Positions 29,687 through 39,653 of a stretch of DNA of 64,000 nucleotides are shown in pieces. The translations under genes were made by a program, and so were the position numbers. Positions within the stretch are counted from its first letter, which is position 1. The number at the start of each line of letters is the position of its first letter. Source of the stretch: Candidatus Binatia bacterium (GTDB taxonomy: Bacteria; Desulfobacterota; Binatia; HRBIN30); assembly GCA_038245295.1 (NCBI GenBank), contig JBBRSP010000020.1, forward strand, positions 35,765-99,764. Reading direction: 5' to 3'. The notes beneath the pieces were generated by a model. The model had not been told where the DNA came from. It did no database searches and was given only the letters and a program-made list of their open reading frames with translations.

Positions 29687-29940
29687 TTCACGGGGATCGC
29701 ACGGGCTTTGCCCTTAGCATGGAGGGCGGCAAGCACCGTTGCCGCCCGGATCGGGGCGCCGCTGGCGATACCCTTCTCGATCTCGGTTCGCAGGCCGTCG
29801 ATGCGGGCTCGATATACGCGGTCCCTCTCATCGAGAAGATGGAGCGCCGCACGCAGCACGTCGGCGCGCGTCGGGTATTGCCCGGATGCAAGCTTTTCCT
29901 CGACCAACTCTTCGAGCTCTGCCGTAAGCACAATCTCCAT
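29683..29940 (-). CDS. parD: ParD-family antitoxin
   Basis: MEIVLTAELEELVEEKLASGQY...DVLRAALHLL...LRTEIEKGIASG. Confidence 0.88.
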   Translation of the reverse strand: MEIVLTAELEELVEEKLASGQYPTRADVLRAALHLLDERDRVYRARIDGLRTEIEKGIASGAPIRAATVLAALHAKGKARAIPVK

Positions 29941-30067
29941 CGCCGCGAACCTACCAGTGCGCGCGGCGGCGGTCAGAACGCAATGAGCATTTCGGACAGA
30001 TGGCAGGTGCACCACGAAGGACACGACGCTGGCTCTGCCCGCAACCCAACCCCCGCCCCGCAGAACG

Positions 30068-30158
30068 AATTCAACAGGATGGGCAGGATAAGCAGGATGG
30101 AGCAGGGAACGCGTTCTTGTCGTGTTCATCCTGTATACCCTGCCCATCCTGTTGAATT
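30068..30158. repeat. Palindromic element built from ~9 nt CAGGAT-containing units
   Basis: Perfect 20 bp arms AATTCAACAGGATGGGCAGG / CCTGCCCATCCTGTTGAATT. Confidence 0.8.
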
Positions 30159-30320
30159 GCGCGTCCTGCGACGAATTGGAACGTAAGTACTACGAAGCGG
30201 GCGCCGCCCGCAGCCCAAGACAGGCCTATTGCCACAGATGAATGAGATGAACACAGATGGCTTGTAAGCGGACATCGCTAGCAGGTCAGGGTGACAAGAT
30301 ACGCCACCGAGAAAATATGA

Positions 30321-30425
30321 GGGACACCTGTGAACGAGCTCGTTCTTGGTGGTTTATTAAATAGTTGGGCCGATCTCCGTGGGGGAGTGTTGTCCTCGAC
30401 ACGAGGTGTCCTCCATCGCCCGCTC
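30321..30425 (+). repeat. Left imperfect direct repeat flanking the hydrogenase island
   Basis: Aligns by eye with 42263-42374 at roughly 80% identity over the core. Confidence 0.8.
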
Positions 30426-30437
30426 TGGGGGTGGGTG

Positions 30438-31013
30438 TCATCCATCGCCCTCGCCGGACCACCACGGCGAAGACGCCACTGCATCGGTTCGCCGGTGCGG
30501 CGCGGCGCCCCAGCCCGCGAGTGCGTTCGCGACGATCGCGGCGGCCTCGGCTGATGCAGCCTTCACGGCTTCGCTGAGTCCGAGGCCGACTTCGACCGAT
30601 TGAGGAACCGCGCCGACGAGAAGCACGCGCTCCGGACCTCCGTCGACGAGGCGCGCGATCGCGAGGGCCTCGGCGAGCGCGGGATCGTGGGGACTCACGC
30701 GAACCTGCAGCGTCAGCGCCTCCGCGATCTGCTGGTCGCGGTACTGCAGTAGCGTTCCGGGCGCCTCGGGCGCCGCGACGGCGTCGACGAAGAGCACGGC
30801 CTCGCGGCCGCAGAGGAGGCCGGCAAGGTCGAGACCGGGCGTGCCCGCGTCGATGAGTTCGACGGTGTCCGGCAGCACCCAGCCCGCGGCGAGAATCTCG
30901 AGGACGGTCGGCCCGAAGCCGTCGTCGCCGAGCAGCACGTTGCCGATGCCGATCACCGCGATCGGTGCGACGGCCTCCCCGTGGGAGCGGTGCTCACGCT
31001 GGTGCGGGCTCAT
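30438..31013 (-). CDS. hybD: Hydrogenase maturation protease
   Basis: IGIGNVLLGDDGFG, IDAGT, FVDAV, SPH; ATGA overlap with the large subunit stop. Confidence 0.9.
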   Translation of the reverse strand: MSPHQREHRSHGEAVAPIAVIGIGNVLLGDDGFGPTVLEILAAGWVLPDTVELIDAGTPGLDLAGLLCGREAVLFVDAVAAPEAPGTLLQYRDQQIAEALTLQVRVSPHDPALAEALAIARLVDGGPERVLLVGAVPQSVEVGLGLSEAVKAASAEAAAIVANALAGWGAAPHRRTDAVASSPWWSGEGDG

Positions 31014-32707
31014 GCGACGTTTACCGTCGCGATCGGGTTGCCGCTCGCGTCGAGGGTGTGGCACGCGCAGGCCATGCACGGGTCGAAGGAGTGGACGGTG
31101 CGCAGCAACTCGAGGGGCTTCGTCGCATCGGCGACCGGCGTGCCGAGCAAGGATGCCTCGTAGGGACCACGCGCCCCGCCTTCGTCGCGGGGACTCGCGT
31201 TCCACGTGGTCGGTACGACGGCCTGGTAGTTCGCGATCTTGCCGTCTTCGGCGACGATCCAGTGGGACAGGGTGCCGCGCGGTGCTTCGTGGAAGCCCAT
31301 GCCTTCGATGCGACCCTTCGGGAAGGTCGGAGGGTTGCAGACCGACGAGTCGCCCTTCGCGATGTTCCCGACGAGGAGCTGCCAGTGGCGCAGCGCGTGT
31401 TCGCCGAGCACCGCGCAGCGCACCGCGCGGGCCACGTAGCGGCCCATCGTCGAGTGCATGTGGTGGATCGTGACGGGCTGCTTCGCGATCGCCGAGACGC
31501 GACCGAGCGCGAGGTCCGTCCACTTGACCGTGGACTCGTGCTTCTGCGCGTACGCGACGAGGATGCTCGACAGCGGTCCGACCTGCATCGGCTTTCCCTG
31601 GAAGCGGGGCGCCTTCACCCAGCTGTACTTGCCGTCGTCTTGGAAGTCGGTGTAGTCGGGAATCGTCTCGCCGACGAAAGGCGCCTTCGCGCCCTTGCCG
31701 CGGTACCACGCGTGCGTGACGTCCTCGACGACGGCGTCGCGGAAGTACGGGTCGCGCGATCCGGTGATCGGGTGGACGCTCGCGAGGTCGCCGCCTAGGA
31801 TGGTGCCGCCCGGCAGGTCAAAGGCCGTCGATGCGGAGTCGGTCGGCAGGTCGGGCACCGCGAGGTAGTCCTTCACGCCGCTGCCGATCTCGAACCACTC
31901 CGGATAGAAGCCGGCGATCGCGCACGCGTCCGGCAGGTACACGTCGTTGACGAAGGAGATCACCTCGCTGAGGAGGTCCTTCATCATGTAGAGGCGGTCC
32001 ATGTTCATCGCGGCCTGGCTGTCGAGGTTGATCGCGTTCATCACGCCGCCGACGGTCAGGTTCTGGATGTGCGGGGTCTTGCCGCCGAGGATGCCGACGA
32101 CCTGGTTGGCCTTGCGCTGGTACTCGAGGGCCTGCAGGTAGTGCGCGAGGGCCAGCAGGCTGACCTCGGGCGGCAGCTTCATGGCCGAATGCCCCCAGTA
32201 GCCGTTCGCGAAGATGCCGAGTTGCCCGCTCTCGACGAGGCCGACGACGCGTTTCTGCACGGCGGCCATCTCCTGGGCGGAGTTGTGGGGCCAGTCGGAC
32301 AGGCTTTGCGCGATCTTTGCGGCGGTCGCCGGATCGGCCTTCGGGATCGTCGTGACGTCGATCCAGTCGAGGGCCGACAGGTGGTAGAAGTGCACGATGT
32401 GGTCGTGCAGCCCGTGCGCGATCAGGATCAGGTTGCGGATGAGCTGCGCGTTGAGCGGCACCTCGAGCTTCAGCGCGTCCTCGACGGCGCGCACCGAAGC
32501 GATCGCGTGCACCGTTGTGCAGACGCCGCAGAAGCGTTGCGTGAAGAACCAGGCTTCGCGCGGATCGCGGCCGAGCAGGATCGGTTCGATGCCGCGCCAC
32601 ATGCCGCACGAGGCCCAGGCCTCTTCCACCTTGCCGCCCTCGACGACGGCGTCGATGCGCAGATGCCCTTCGATACGGGTGATGGGGTCGATGCTGATAC
32701 GGGTCAT
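31010..32707 (-). CDS. hybC: [NiFe]-hydrogenase large subunit (Hyd-2 type)
   Basis: DPITRIEGH, QRFCGVCTTVH, EAPRG, FDPCMACACH plus a cleavable C-terminal tail. Confidence 0.95.
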   Translation of the reverse strand: MTRISIDPITRIEGHLRIDAVVEGGKVEEAWASCGMWRGIEPILLGRDPREAWFFTQRFCGVCTTVHAIASVRAVEDALKLEVPLNAQLIRNLILIAHGLHDHIVHFYHLSALDWIDVTTIPKADPATAAKIAQSLSDWPHNSAQEMAAVQKRVVGLVESGQLGIFANGYWGHSAMKLPPEVSLLALAHYLQALEYQRKANQVVGILGGKTPHIQNLTVGGVMNAINLDSQAAMNMDRLYMMKDLLSEVISFVNDVYLPDACAIAGFYPEWFEIGSGVKDYLAVPDLPTDSASTAFDLPGGTILGGDLASVHPITGSRDPYFRDAVVEDVTHAWYRGKGAKAPFVGETIPDYTDFQDDGKYSWVKAPRFQGKPMQVGPLSSILVAYAQKHESTVKWTDLALGRVSAIAKQPVTIHHMHSTMGRYVARAVRCAVLGEHALRHWQLLVGNIAKGDSSVCNPPTFPKGRIEGMGFHEAPRGTLSHWIVAEDGKIANYQAVVPTTWNASPRDEGGARGPYEASLLGTPVADATKPLELLRTVHSFDPCMACACHTLDASGNPIATVNVA

Positions 32708-32728
32708 GACGTTACCCCTTGTTCCGCG

Positions 32729-33934
32729 TCAGTGCGCCGCGCCCCTGAGGTCCCGGGTCGTGGCCGCGTGTCCGGCCAGGATCGGGAACGCACGGACGCA
32801 GACGATGTAGGTTCCGATTTCGCCGGCCACGAGGCCGACCGTGATGAGGATTTCGGTGACACTCGGGAAATAGCTCCAGTGAGGCCCCGGCTGGAAGGCC
32901 AGCAGGAACACGTCGAAGCGGTAAAGGGCGCCGGCGAAGAGTAGCACGAGCGCCGCGCGCATAAGGTTGCCGAGGTCGCGGCGCCGCTCGTCGGTCGACA
33001 GCAACAGCGCGGCCGCGACGAACAGCGACAGCTCGACGACGGACATCGCGCCGTAGAGGTCGAACGCGAACAGCGCGCCGATCTGCCCGCGCACAGCAAG
33101 GTCGGCGAGGCGGATGACGAGGTAGAGGCCGAGTACCGGCAGCATCGCCTTGCCGAGCCCCGCGAGCATCGCCGTCTCCGCCTGCCGCCCGAGGAAGCGC
33201 GACGACAGCGCGCCTTCGACGACGACCGCGCCGAAGCCCATCACGATGCACGAGAGCAGGAAGAGCAGGGGCAGCAGCGGCGTGTTCCAGAGCGGATGCA
33301 GGCGCGGTCCCGACAGCAGCAGCAGCGCGCCCAGCGAGGACTGGTGCATCGTCGGCAGCAGGAGACCGAGAGCGGTCACCCACAGCATGCTCTTCTTCAC
33401 GATCGGCAGGGCCTTCTTCGCGAAGCGGCTCAGCCCCGGCGACGAACTCGCCGCGGCTCCTTCGAGGAACGCCGGAGACATCTCGTACCAGAGCACCATA
33501 CTGTAGCCCATGATGCACAGCGCGACCTCGAGCAGCACCGAGTCGCCGTTCCAGTTCCAGAAGAAGAACGGGATCTTGTACGTGAGCCACGGCCGTCCGA
33601 GATCGAGCAGCACCGAGAAGCCGGCGATCGAGTAGCCGAGAGCGCTCGTCAGGAAAGCCGGGCGGATCATCGGATGGTAGCGGCCCTGGTTGAGGATGTA
33701 GACGAGCAGCGCGATCGCGAAGCCGCCGCACCCGAGTGCGGTGCCGGTGACGACGTCGAACGCGATCCATAGGCCCCACGGATAGCCGTCGTTCATCGCG
33801 GTCGTCGCGCCGAGCCCGGCGGCCGCCCTCCACGCGATGAGGGCCACAGCCAGCGCGGCCAGCGCGAACGCGACGACGACGGTCGGCGTCACGATCGGAC
33901 CTCCGACCGGAGCAGGACGAGAAGCGGAGTTCAT
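32729..33934 (-). CDS. hybB: NrfD/PsrC-family membrane subunit
   Basis: NDGYPWGLWIAFDV, DLGRPW, LPTMHQSSLG. Confidence 0.92.
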   Translation of the reverse strand: MNSASRPAPVGGPIVTPTVVVAFALAALAVALIAWRAAAGLGATTAMNDGYPWGLWIAFDVVTGTALGCGGFAIALLVYILNQGRYHPMIRPAFLTSALGYSIAGFSVLLDLGRPWLTYKIPFFFWNWNGDSVLLEVALCIMGYSMVLWYEMSPAFLEGAAASSSPGLSRFAKKALPIVKKSMLWVTALGLLLPTMHQSSLGALLLLSGPRLHPLWNTPLLPLLFLLSCIVMGFGAVVVEGALSSRFLGRQAETAMLAGLGKAMLPVLGLYLVIRLADLAVRGQIGALFAFDLYGAMSVVELSLFVAAALLLSTDERRRDLGNLMRAALVLLFAGALYRFDVFLLAFQPGPHWSYFPSVTEILITVGLVAGEIGTYIVCVRAFPILAGHAATTRDLRGAAH

Positions 33935-34851
33935 GAGCGTTCCTCCTCAGGCCCGGAGTCGTCGTCGCCCCCGGCCTTGCGGTTGCGCAGCATCACGCCG
34001 GCGAGCAGCCCGTACAGCACGAAGGGCGTGACGAAGCCCTGATAGACCGTGTCCTGCACGGCGCGGACACGGTCCGGCACCGCGTTGTCGCCGCAGGCCG
34101 GAAGCCCAAGCTTATCGAACTCGACGCTGGCAAGGTAGAGCACCTGCGTGCCGCCGGCCTCGTGCTCACCGTAGACGTGCGGCACGTAGCGCTCCGGCTG
34201 CCCCTCGAGACGCTGGTGCGCCTCGGCCAGCAGTTCGTCGCGGGTTCCGTAGATCACCGCGTGCGTGGGGCAGACCTCGGTGCAGGCCGGATCCTTGCCC
34301 TCGGCGATGCGGTGGTTGCAGAGCTCGCACTTGACGATCTTCGGCGCGAGCTTCGACCATTCGAACTTGGGGACGCCGAAGGGGCAGGCCATCTCGCAGT
34401 AGCGGCAGCCGACGCAGAGAGCCGCGTCGTACGTGACGATTCCGTGTTCGCGCTTCGCCAGCGCGCCGAGCATGCACGCGCTCGTGCAGGCCGGATCGAC
34501 GCAGTGCATGCACTGCCGCTTGACGAACGAGAAGGTTCCGTCCGTGTCGTTCCTGTAGACCTTGATGATGTTTTTGGTGCGCTCGTTGAGGTCGAGCGGA
34601 GACTGCCAGCGGTCCTCCGACAGGTGCCCGTCCGGCACGAGGTCGTTGGCCTCGTTGCACGCGACCATGCAGGCCTTGCAGCCGATGCAGCGCGTGGCGT
34701 CATACAGCATGCCCGCGTTCGCGCCAGCTTCGGAGGCCTTGATGTGCTTCCCGCGGGCCGCCGCGCAACTGGGCGGCGAGATCGCGGCGCTCGCCATCGC
34801 GCCGGCGGTCCCGGCGAGGACCTTGAGGGCCATTCTTCTGGAGATGCTCAT
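33931..34851 (-). CDS. hybA: Hydrogenase-2 Fe-S subunit
   Basis: Tat signal SRRMALK; CIGCKAC, CMHCVDPAC, CVGCRYC, CELC; EAGGTQVLY. Confidence 0.93.
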   Translation of the reverse strand: MSISRRMALKVLAGTAGAMASAAISPPSCAAARGKHIKASEAGANAGMLYDATRCIGCKACMVACNEANDLVPDGHLSEDRWQSPLDLNERTKNIIKVYRNDTDGTFSFVKRQCMHCVDPACTSACMLGALAKREHGIVTYDAALCVGCRYCEMACPFGVPKFEWSKLAPKIVKCELCNHRIAEGKDPACTEVCPTHAVIYGTRDELLAEAHQRLEGQPERYVPHVYGEHEAGGTQVLYLASVEFDKLGLPACGDNAVPDRVRAVQDTVYQGFVTPFVLYGLLAGVMLRNRKAGGDDDSGPEEERS

Positions 34852-34854
34852 GGC

Positions 34855-36021
34855 TCACTCCTTCCCCGACTTCGGGGCGCCGTCGTCGGCCGGCGGTCCG
34901 CCGACCTTGCTCGAAGCGACGAGGCCTCCGCCGAGCAGGGCACCGACGACCGCGCCGCCGAGCCCGATCGCGATCTTGCTCGCGTCGCCCTGGGGCGTGA
35001 ACACCGGCGCGTAGGTGGCCGGCGGAACGATGTGCTGGGGCTTGACCGTGTCGAACATTGGTACGCGGAACGCGACCTCCTTCTCGGTGCAGCCGTAGCA
35101 CGGCGCGCCGATGCCGATCGGCCAGCAGTCGACGACCTCGTTGAAGTGGCGCGTCGAGCACGACGCGTGCGTGACCGGCCCTTTGCAGCCCATCACGTAC
35201 AGGCACCAGCCCTTGCGATGGCCCTTGTCCCCGAACGCGCGCACGAACTCGCCGGCGTCGAAGTGCGCGCGGCGCGGGCAGTGCTCGTGAATCACGCGAT
35301 CGTACGCGAACAGCGGGCGGTGGAGTTCGTCGAGGGCCGGCAGCGTGCCGACGACCGCGTACTGCAGCACCGTCGCAAGCAGGATGTAGGGGTTGGCGGG
35401 GCAGCCCGGCAGGTTCACGACGGGCTTGTCCGTGACGAGGGCCGTCACGCCGACCGCGTCGGTCGGGTTCGGGCCCGACGACGGGACGCCGCCCCACGAC
35501 GCGCACGAACCGATCGCGACGATGGCCGCGGCTCCCTTCGACGCCTCGGCGAGGATGTCGAGTCCGGTGCGGCCGCGGATCTTCAGGTAGACCCCGTTGT
35601 CCTTGCGCGGGATCGACCCTTCGACCACCAGCACGTACTTGCCGGCGTTCTCCTTCATCGCCGCCTGCAGCGCTTCCTCGGCCTGGTCGCCGGCGGCGGC
35701 CATCAGCGTTTCGTGGTAATCGAGGGAGATCAGGTCGAGGATCAGCTCGTCGAGACCGGGCGTGGAGGTTCGCAGCAGCGTCTCGGTGCAGCCGGTGCAG
35801 TCCTGGAAGTGAAGCCAGACGACTGACGGGCGCCTGGCCTTCGCGATCGCCTTCGCGACGTCGGCCGCGTCGGCCTTGCCCGTAAGCGCGAGTCCGGCCG
35901 GCGCGACGACCATCAGCTTCAGGCAGAATTCGACGAACTGCCGCCTCGTGACTCCGGAGCGCAGCAGCTTCTGTCCGATGCTTTGCGGATCCGTCGGGTA
36001 CTCGAAATCGTCGATGGCCAT
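34855..36021 (-). CDS. hybO: [NiFe]-hydrogenase small subunit
   Basis: Tat signal TRRQFVEFC; DCTGCTE, GSCASWGG, PGCP, HEHCPRR, CLYVMGCKGP; C-terminal TM helix. Confidence 0.95.
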   Translation of the reverse strand: MAIDDFEYPTDPQSIGQKLLRSGVTRRQFVEFCLKLMVVAPAGLALTGKADAADVAKAIAKARRPSVVWLHFQDCTGCTETLLRTSTPGLDELILDLISLDYHETLMAAAGDQAEEALQAAMKENAGKYVLVVEGSIPRKDNGVYLKIRGRTGLDILAEASKGAAAIVAIGSCASWGGVPSSGPNPTDAVGVTALVTDKPVVNLPGCPANPYILLATVLQYAVVGTLPALDELHRPLFAYDRVIHEHCPRRAHFDAGEFVRAFGDKGHRKGWCLYVMGCKGPVTHASCSTRHFNEVVDCWPIGIGAPCYGCTEKEVAFRVPMFDTVKPQHIVPPATYAPVFTPQGDASKIAIGLGGAVVGALLGGGLVASSKVGGPPADDGAPKSGKE

Positions 36022-36048
36022 GGGACACCTCCCTGGCAGAGCGCGGCG

Positions 36049-36771
36049 CTATCTTCCCGTCGCGACTCCTGCGGTCTGCGGATGCAGGGCCCCTCTCAGG
36101 CGTCGCATCCATTCCATCCAGTCTTCGATTCCTTCCCCGGTGAAGGCCGACACCGCGATCATGCGCGGCATCGGCATCACGCGGGCGAGCGCGTCCTCGA
36201 CGGCTGCGCGGTCGAAGCGCGGCAGCGCCGGGAGGAGGTCGATCTTGGTGAGCAGAACGAGGTCAGCGCCGCGGAACATCGCCGGATACTTGAGCGGCTT
36301 GTCCTCGCCTTCGGTGACGGACAGCGCGACGACGTTTGCCTCCTGGCCGAGGTCGTAGATGGCCGGGCACACGAGGTTGCCGACGTTCTCGATGAAGAGG
36401 TAGTCGGCGCCGTGGGCGATGTCGCCGTGGAGGGCGCGGTGCACCATCTCGGCGTCGAGGTGGCACGCGGAACCGGTCGTGATCGCGCTCGAGCGGATGC
36501 CGGCGGCGCGCACGCGGTCGGCATCGCGCTCGGTTTCGAGGTCGCCGGTGATCGCGGCGAGGCGTTCGCTGCCGGAGAACGCGCGCGCGCTGGCCTCGAG
36601 CAGCGCGGTCTTGCCGGCGCCCGGCGAGCCCATCAGGTTGACCGCGACGACGCCGTGGGCGCGCAGGTGCTCGCGGTTGTGGGCCGCGGTGTGGTCGTTG
36701 CCGGCCATCAGCCTTTCGTGCAGCTCGACCGGTACGAGGCGCGTGTCTCCGCATCCGCAGGCGTCACACAT
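36049..36771 (-). CDS. hypB: Hydrogenase nickel incorporation GTPase
   Basis: MCDACGC, GSPGAGKT, ACHLDA, ENVGNLVCP, EGEDKPLKYP. Confidence 0.95.
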   Translation of the reverse strand: MCDACGCGDTRLVPVELHERLMAGNDHTAAHNREHLRAHGVVAVNLMGSPGAGKTALLEASARAFSGSERLAAITGDLETERDADRVRAAGIRSSAITTGSACHLDAEMVHRALHGDIAHGADYLFIENVGNLVCPAIYDLGQEANVVALSVTEGEDKPLKYPAMFRGADLVLLTKIDLLPALPRFDRAAVEDALARVMPMPRMIAVSAFTGEGIEDWMEWMRRLRGALHPQTAGVATGR

Positions 36772-37126
36772 GGCTGGCAATCTCCATCGGGACCTCTAGA
36801 TCCAAGTTTTCGAGGACGAGGGCGTCGCCGCTTGCGAGCCGGGCAGGCCACCCGCAGGACGGGCAGGCGAGCACGCGACCCGGCGGGATGTCGGCGCTGC
36901 ACACCGAGCACACCCATTGCACCGCCTCGGTCAGTATCTCGAGTTCGGCGTGCTCGCAGACGGTGCCGCGGCGGCTGTTCTCGAACGCTGTCGCGAACAG
37001 GCCCGGCTCGACGCCGCCGAGACGGCCGATGCGCACCGTCACCCGGTGCACCGCGCTCGCACGGTGAGCGCGCGCCTCTTGTTCGACGCGCGACAGCAGG
37101 GACTGGACCAGCGAATACTCGTGCAT
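36764..37126 (-). CDS. hypA: Hydrogenase nickel metallochaperone
   Basis: MHEYSL start, CSVC and CPSC. Confidence 0.93.
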   Translation of the reverse strand: MHEYSLVQSLLSRVEQEARAHRASAVHRVTVRIGRLGGVEPGLFATAFENSRRGTVCEHAELEILTEAVQWVCSVCSADIPPGRVLACPSCGWPARLASGDALVLENLDLEVPMEIASHV

Positions 37127-37134
37127 GACGGTCC

Positions 37135-38198
37135 TCAACAAATCCGCGGGAGCTGTTCTCCCGAAAGGCGTTCTAGACGGCGATGGCTGCCGAGCCCGGT
37201 GCGCAGCAGCACGCGGCCGGGAGTCTCGTCGGTGATCTTGCCGATGCAGCAGGCGGCTTCCCCTCCCGGCACGGCGCGCACGGCTGCAAGCGCGAGCTCG
37301 CAGTCGGCGTCTGCGACGATCGCGAGGAAGCGGCCCTCGCACGCGACGTACAGGGGGTCGAAGCCGAGCACTTCGCACGCGGCGCGCACTTCGGCGCGGA
37401 CCGGGACCGCGGATTCGACGACGGTCATGCCGACGCCGGCCGATCCGGCGAGTTCGCACAGCGCCGTCGCGAGTCCTCCCCGCGTCGGATCGCGCAGGGT
37501 CTTCACCGAGGGAACGGCGTCGAGCAGCGCGCGCACGAGGGGAAGCACGGACGCCGAATCGGAGAGCAGCGCGGTCTGCAGGTCGACCCCGCTGCGCGCG
37601 GCCATCACCGCGATGCCGTGGTCGCCGACGGGGCCGGAGACAAGAATCGCGTCGCCCGGGCGGGCCTTGGAGGGGCCGACCTCGACGCCGTCGCGCACGC
37701 GGCCGATGCCGGACGTGTTGATGTAGATGCCGTCGCCCTTGCCGCGGTCGACGACCTTGGTGTCGCCGGTGACGACCGGCACGCCGGCCTCCGCGGCGGC
37801 GCTCGCCATCGACGCGACGATGCGGCGCAGGTCCTCGATGCGCAGGCCCTCCTCGAGCACGAGGCCGACGCTCAGCGCGAAGGGTTCGGAGCCGCACATC
37901 GCGAGGTCGTTGACGGTGCCGTGCACCGCGAGCGAACCGATGTTGCCGCCGGGGAAGAAGGCCGGCTGCACGACGAAGGTGTCGGTCGAGAACGCGAGCC
38001 GCTGCCCGCCGACCGTCAGCAGCGCACCGTCGCCGAGGGAGTCGAGGGCGGGACTTGCGAAGGCCGGCAGGAACATCTTCTCGACGAGGTTCGCGGTCTT
38101 TCGTCCGCCGCCGCCGTGGGCGAGCTGCACGATGCCCTCGTCGTCGAGGGGAATCGGGCACGCGATGCCGAGCGCCGCGCCTTCGAATCCGTTCGGCT

Positions 38199-38202
<4 letters not shown>
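37135..38202 (-). CDS. hypE: Hydrogenase maturation protein HypE
   Basis: [31 protein letters not shown]-terminal PRIC. Confidence 0.95.
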
Positions 38203-39310
<1,108 letters not shown>

Positions 39311-39311
<1 letters not shown>

Positions 39312-39652
39312 CAGCGGCCCTCCTCCAGGTCTTCGCGGCCGAAGATGCGTCGTGGTTGCCCATGGTTGTTACGCGGCGCTGCATCGACCGATGCAGCGAG
39401 GGCGTCGGCGATGGGAGCCGGCTCCGCGAGTGCATCGAGCATCGCGAGGGCCTCGAGGGTTTCGCGGGCGAGGTCCTCGTCGATCACCGCGATTGCGAAG
39501 CCGACGTGGACGAGCACGTGGTCGCCGACCGTCGCTTCGGGAACGAAGACCAGGCTCGTGTCGCGGGAGACCCCGCCGAAATCGACGCGACCGATCCGCA
39601 GTTCGCCCTGCCCGGAGATCGCCACGAGACATCCTGGGATGGCGAGGCACAT
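39311..39652 (-). CDS. hypC: Hydrogenase chaperone HypC with C-terminal extension
   Basis: MCLAIPG start, VLVHVGFAI. Confidence 0.93.
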
Positions 39653-39653
39653 C

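Noticed and set aside
31010..31100. Selenocysteine ([NiFeSe]) hydrogenase
   Set aside because: The C-terminal DPCMACACH motif uses Cys codons; there is no in-frame TGA.
34855..36021. O2-tolerant six-Cys proximal cluster
   Set aside because: Motifs are CTGC and GSCASWGG without the supernumerary cysteines.
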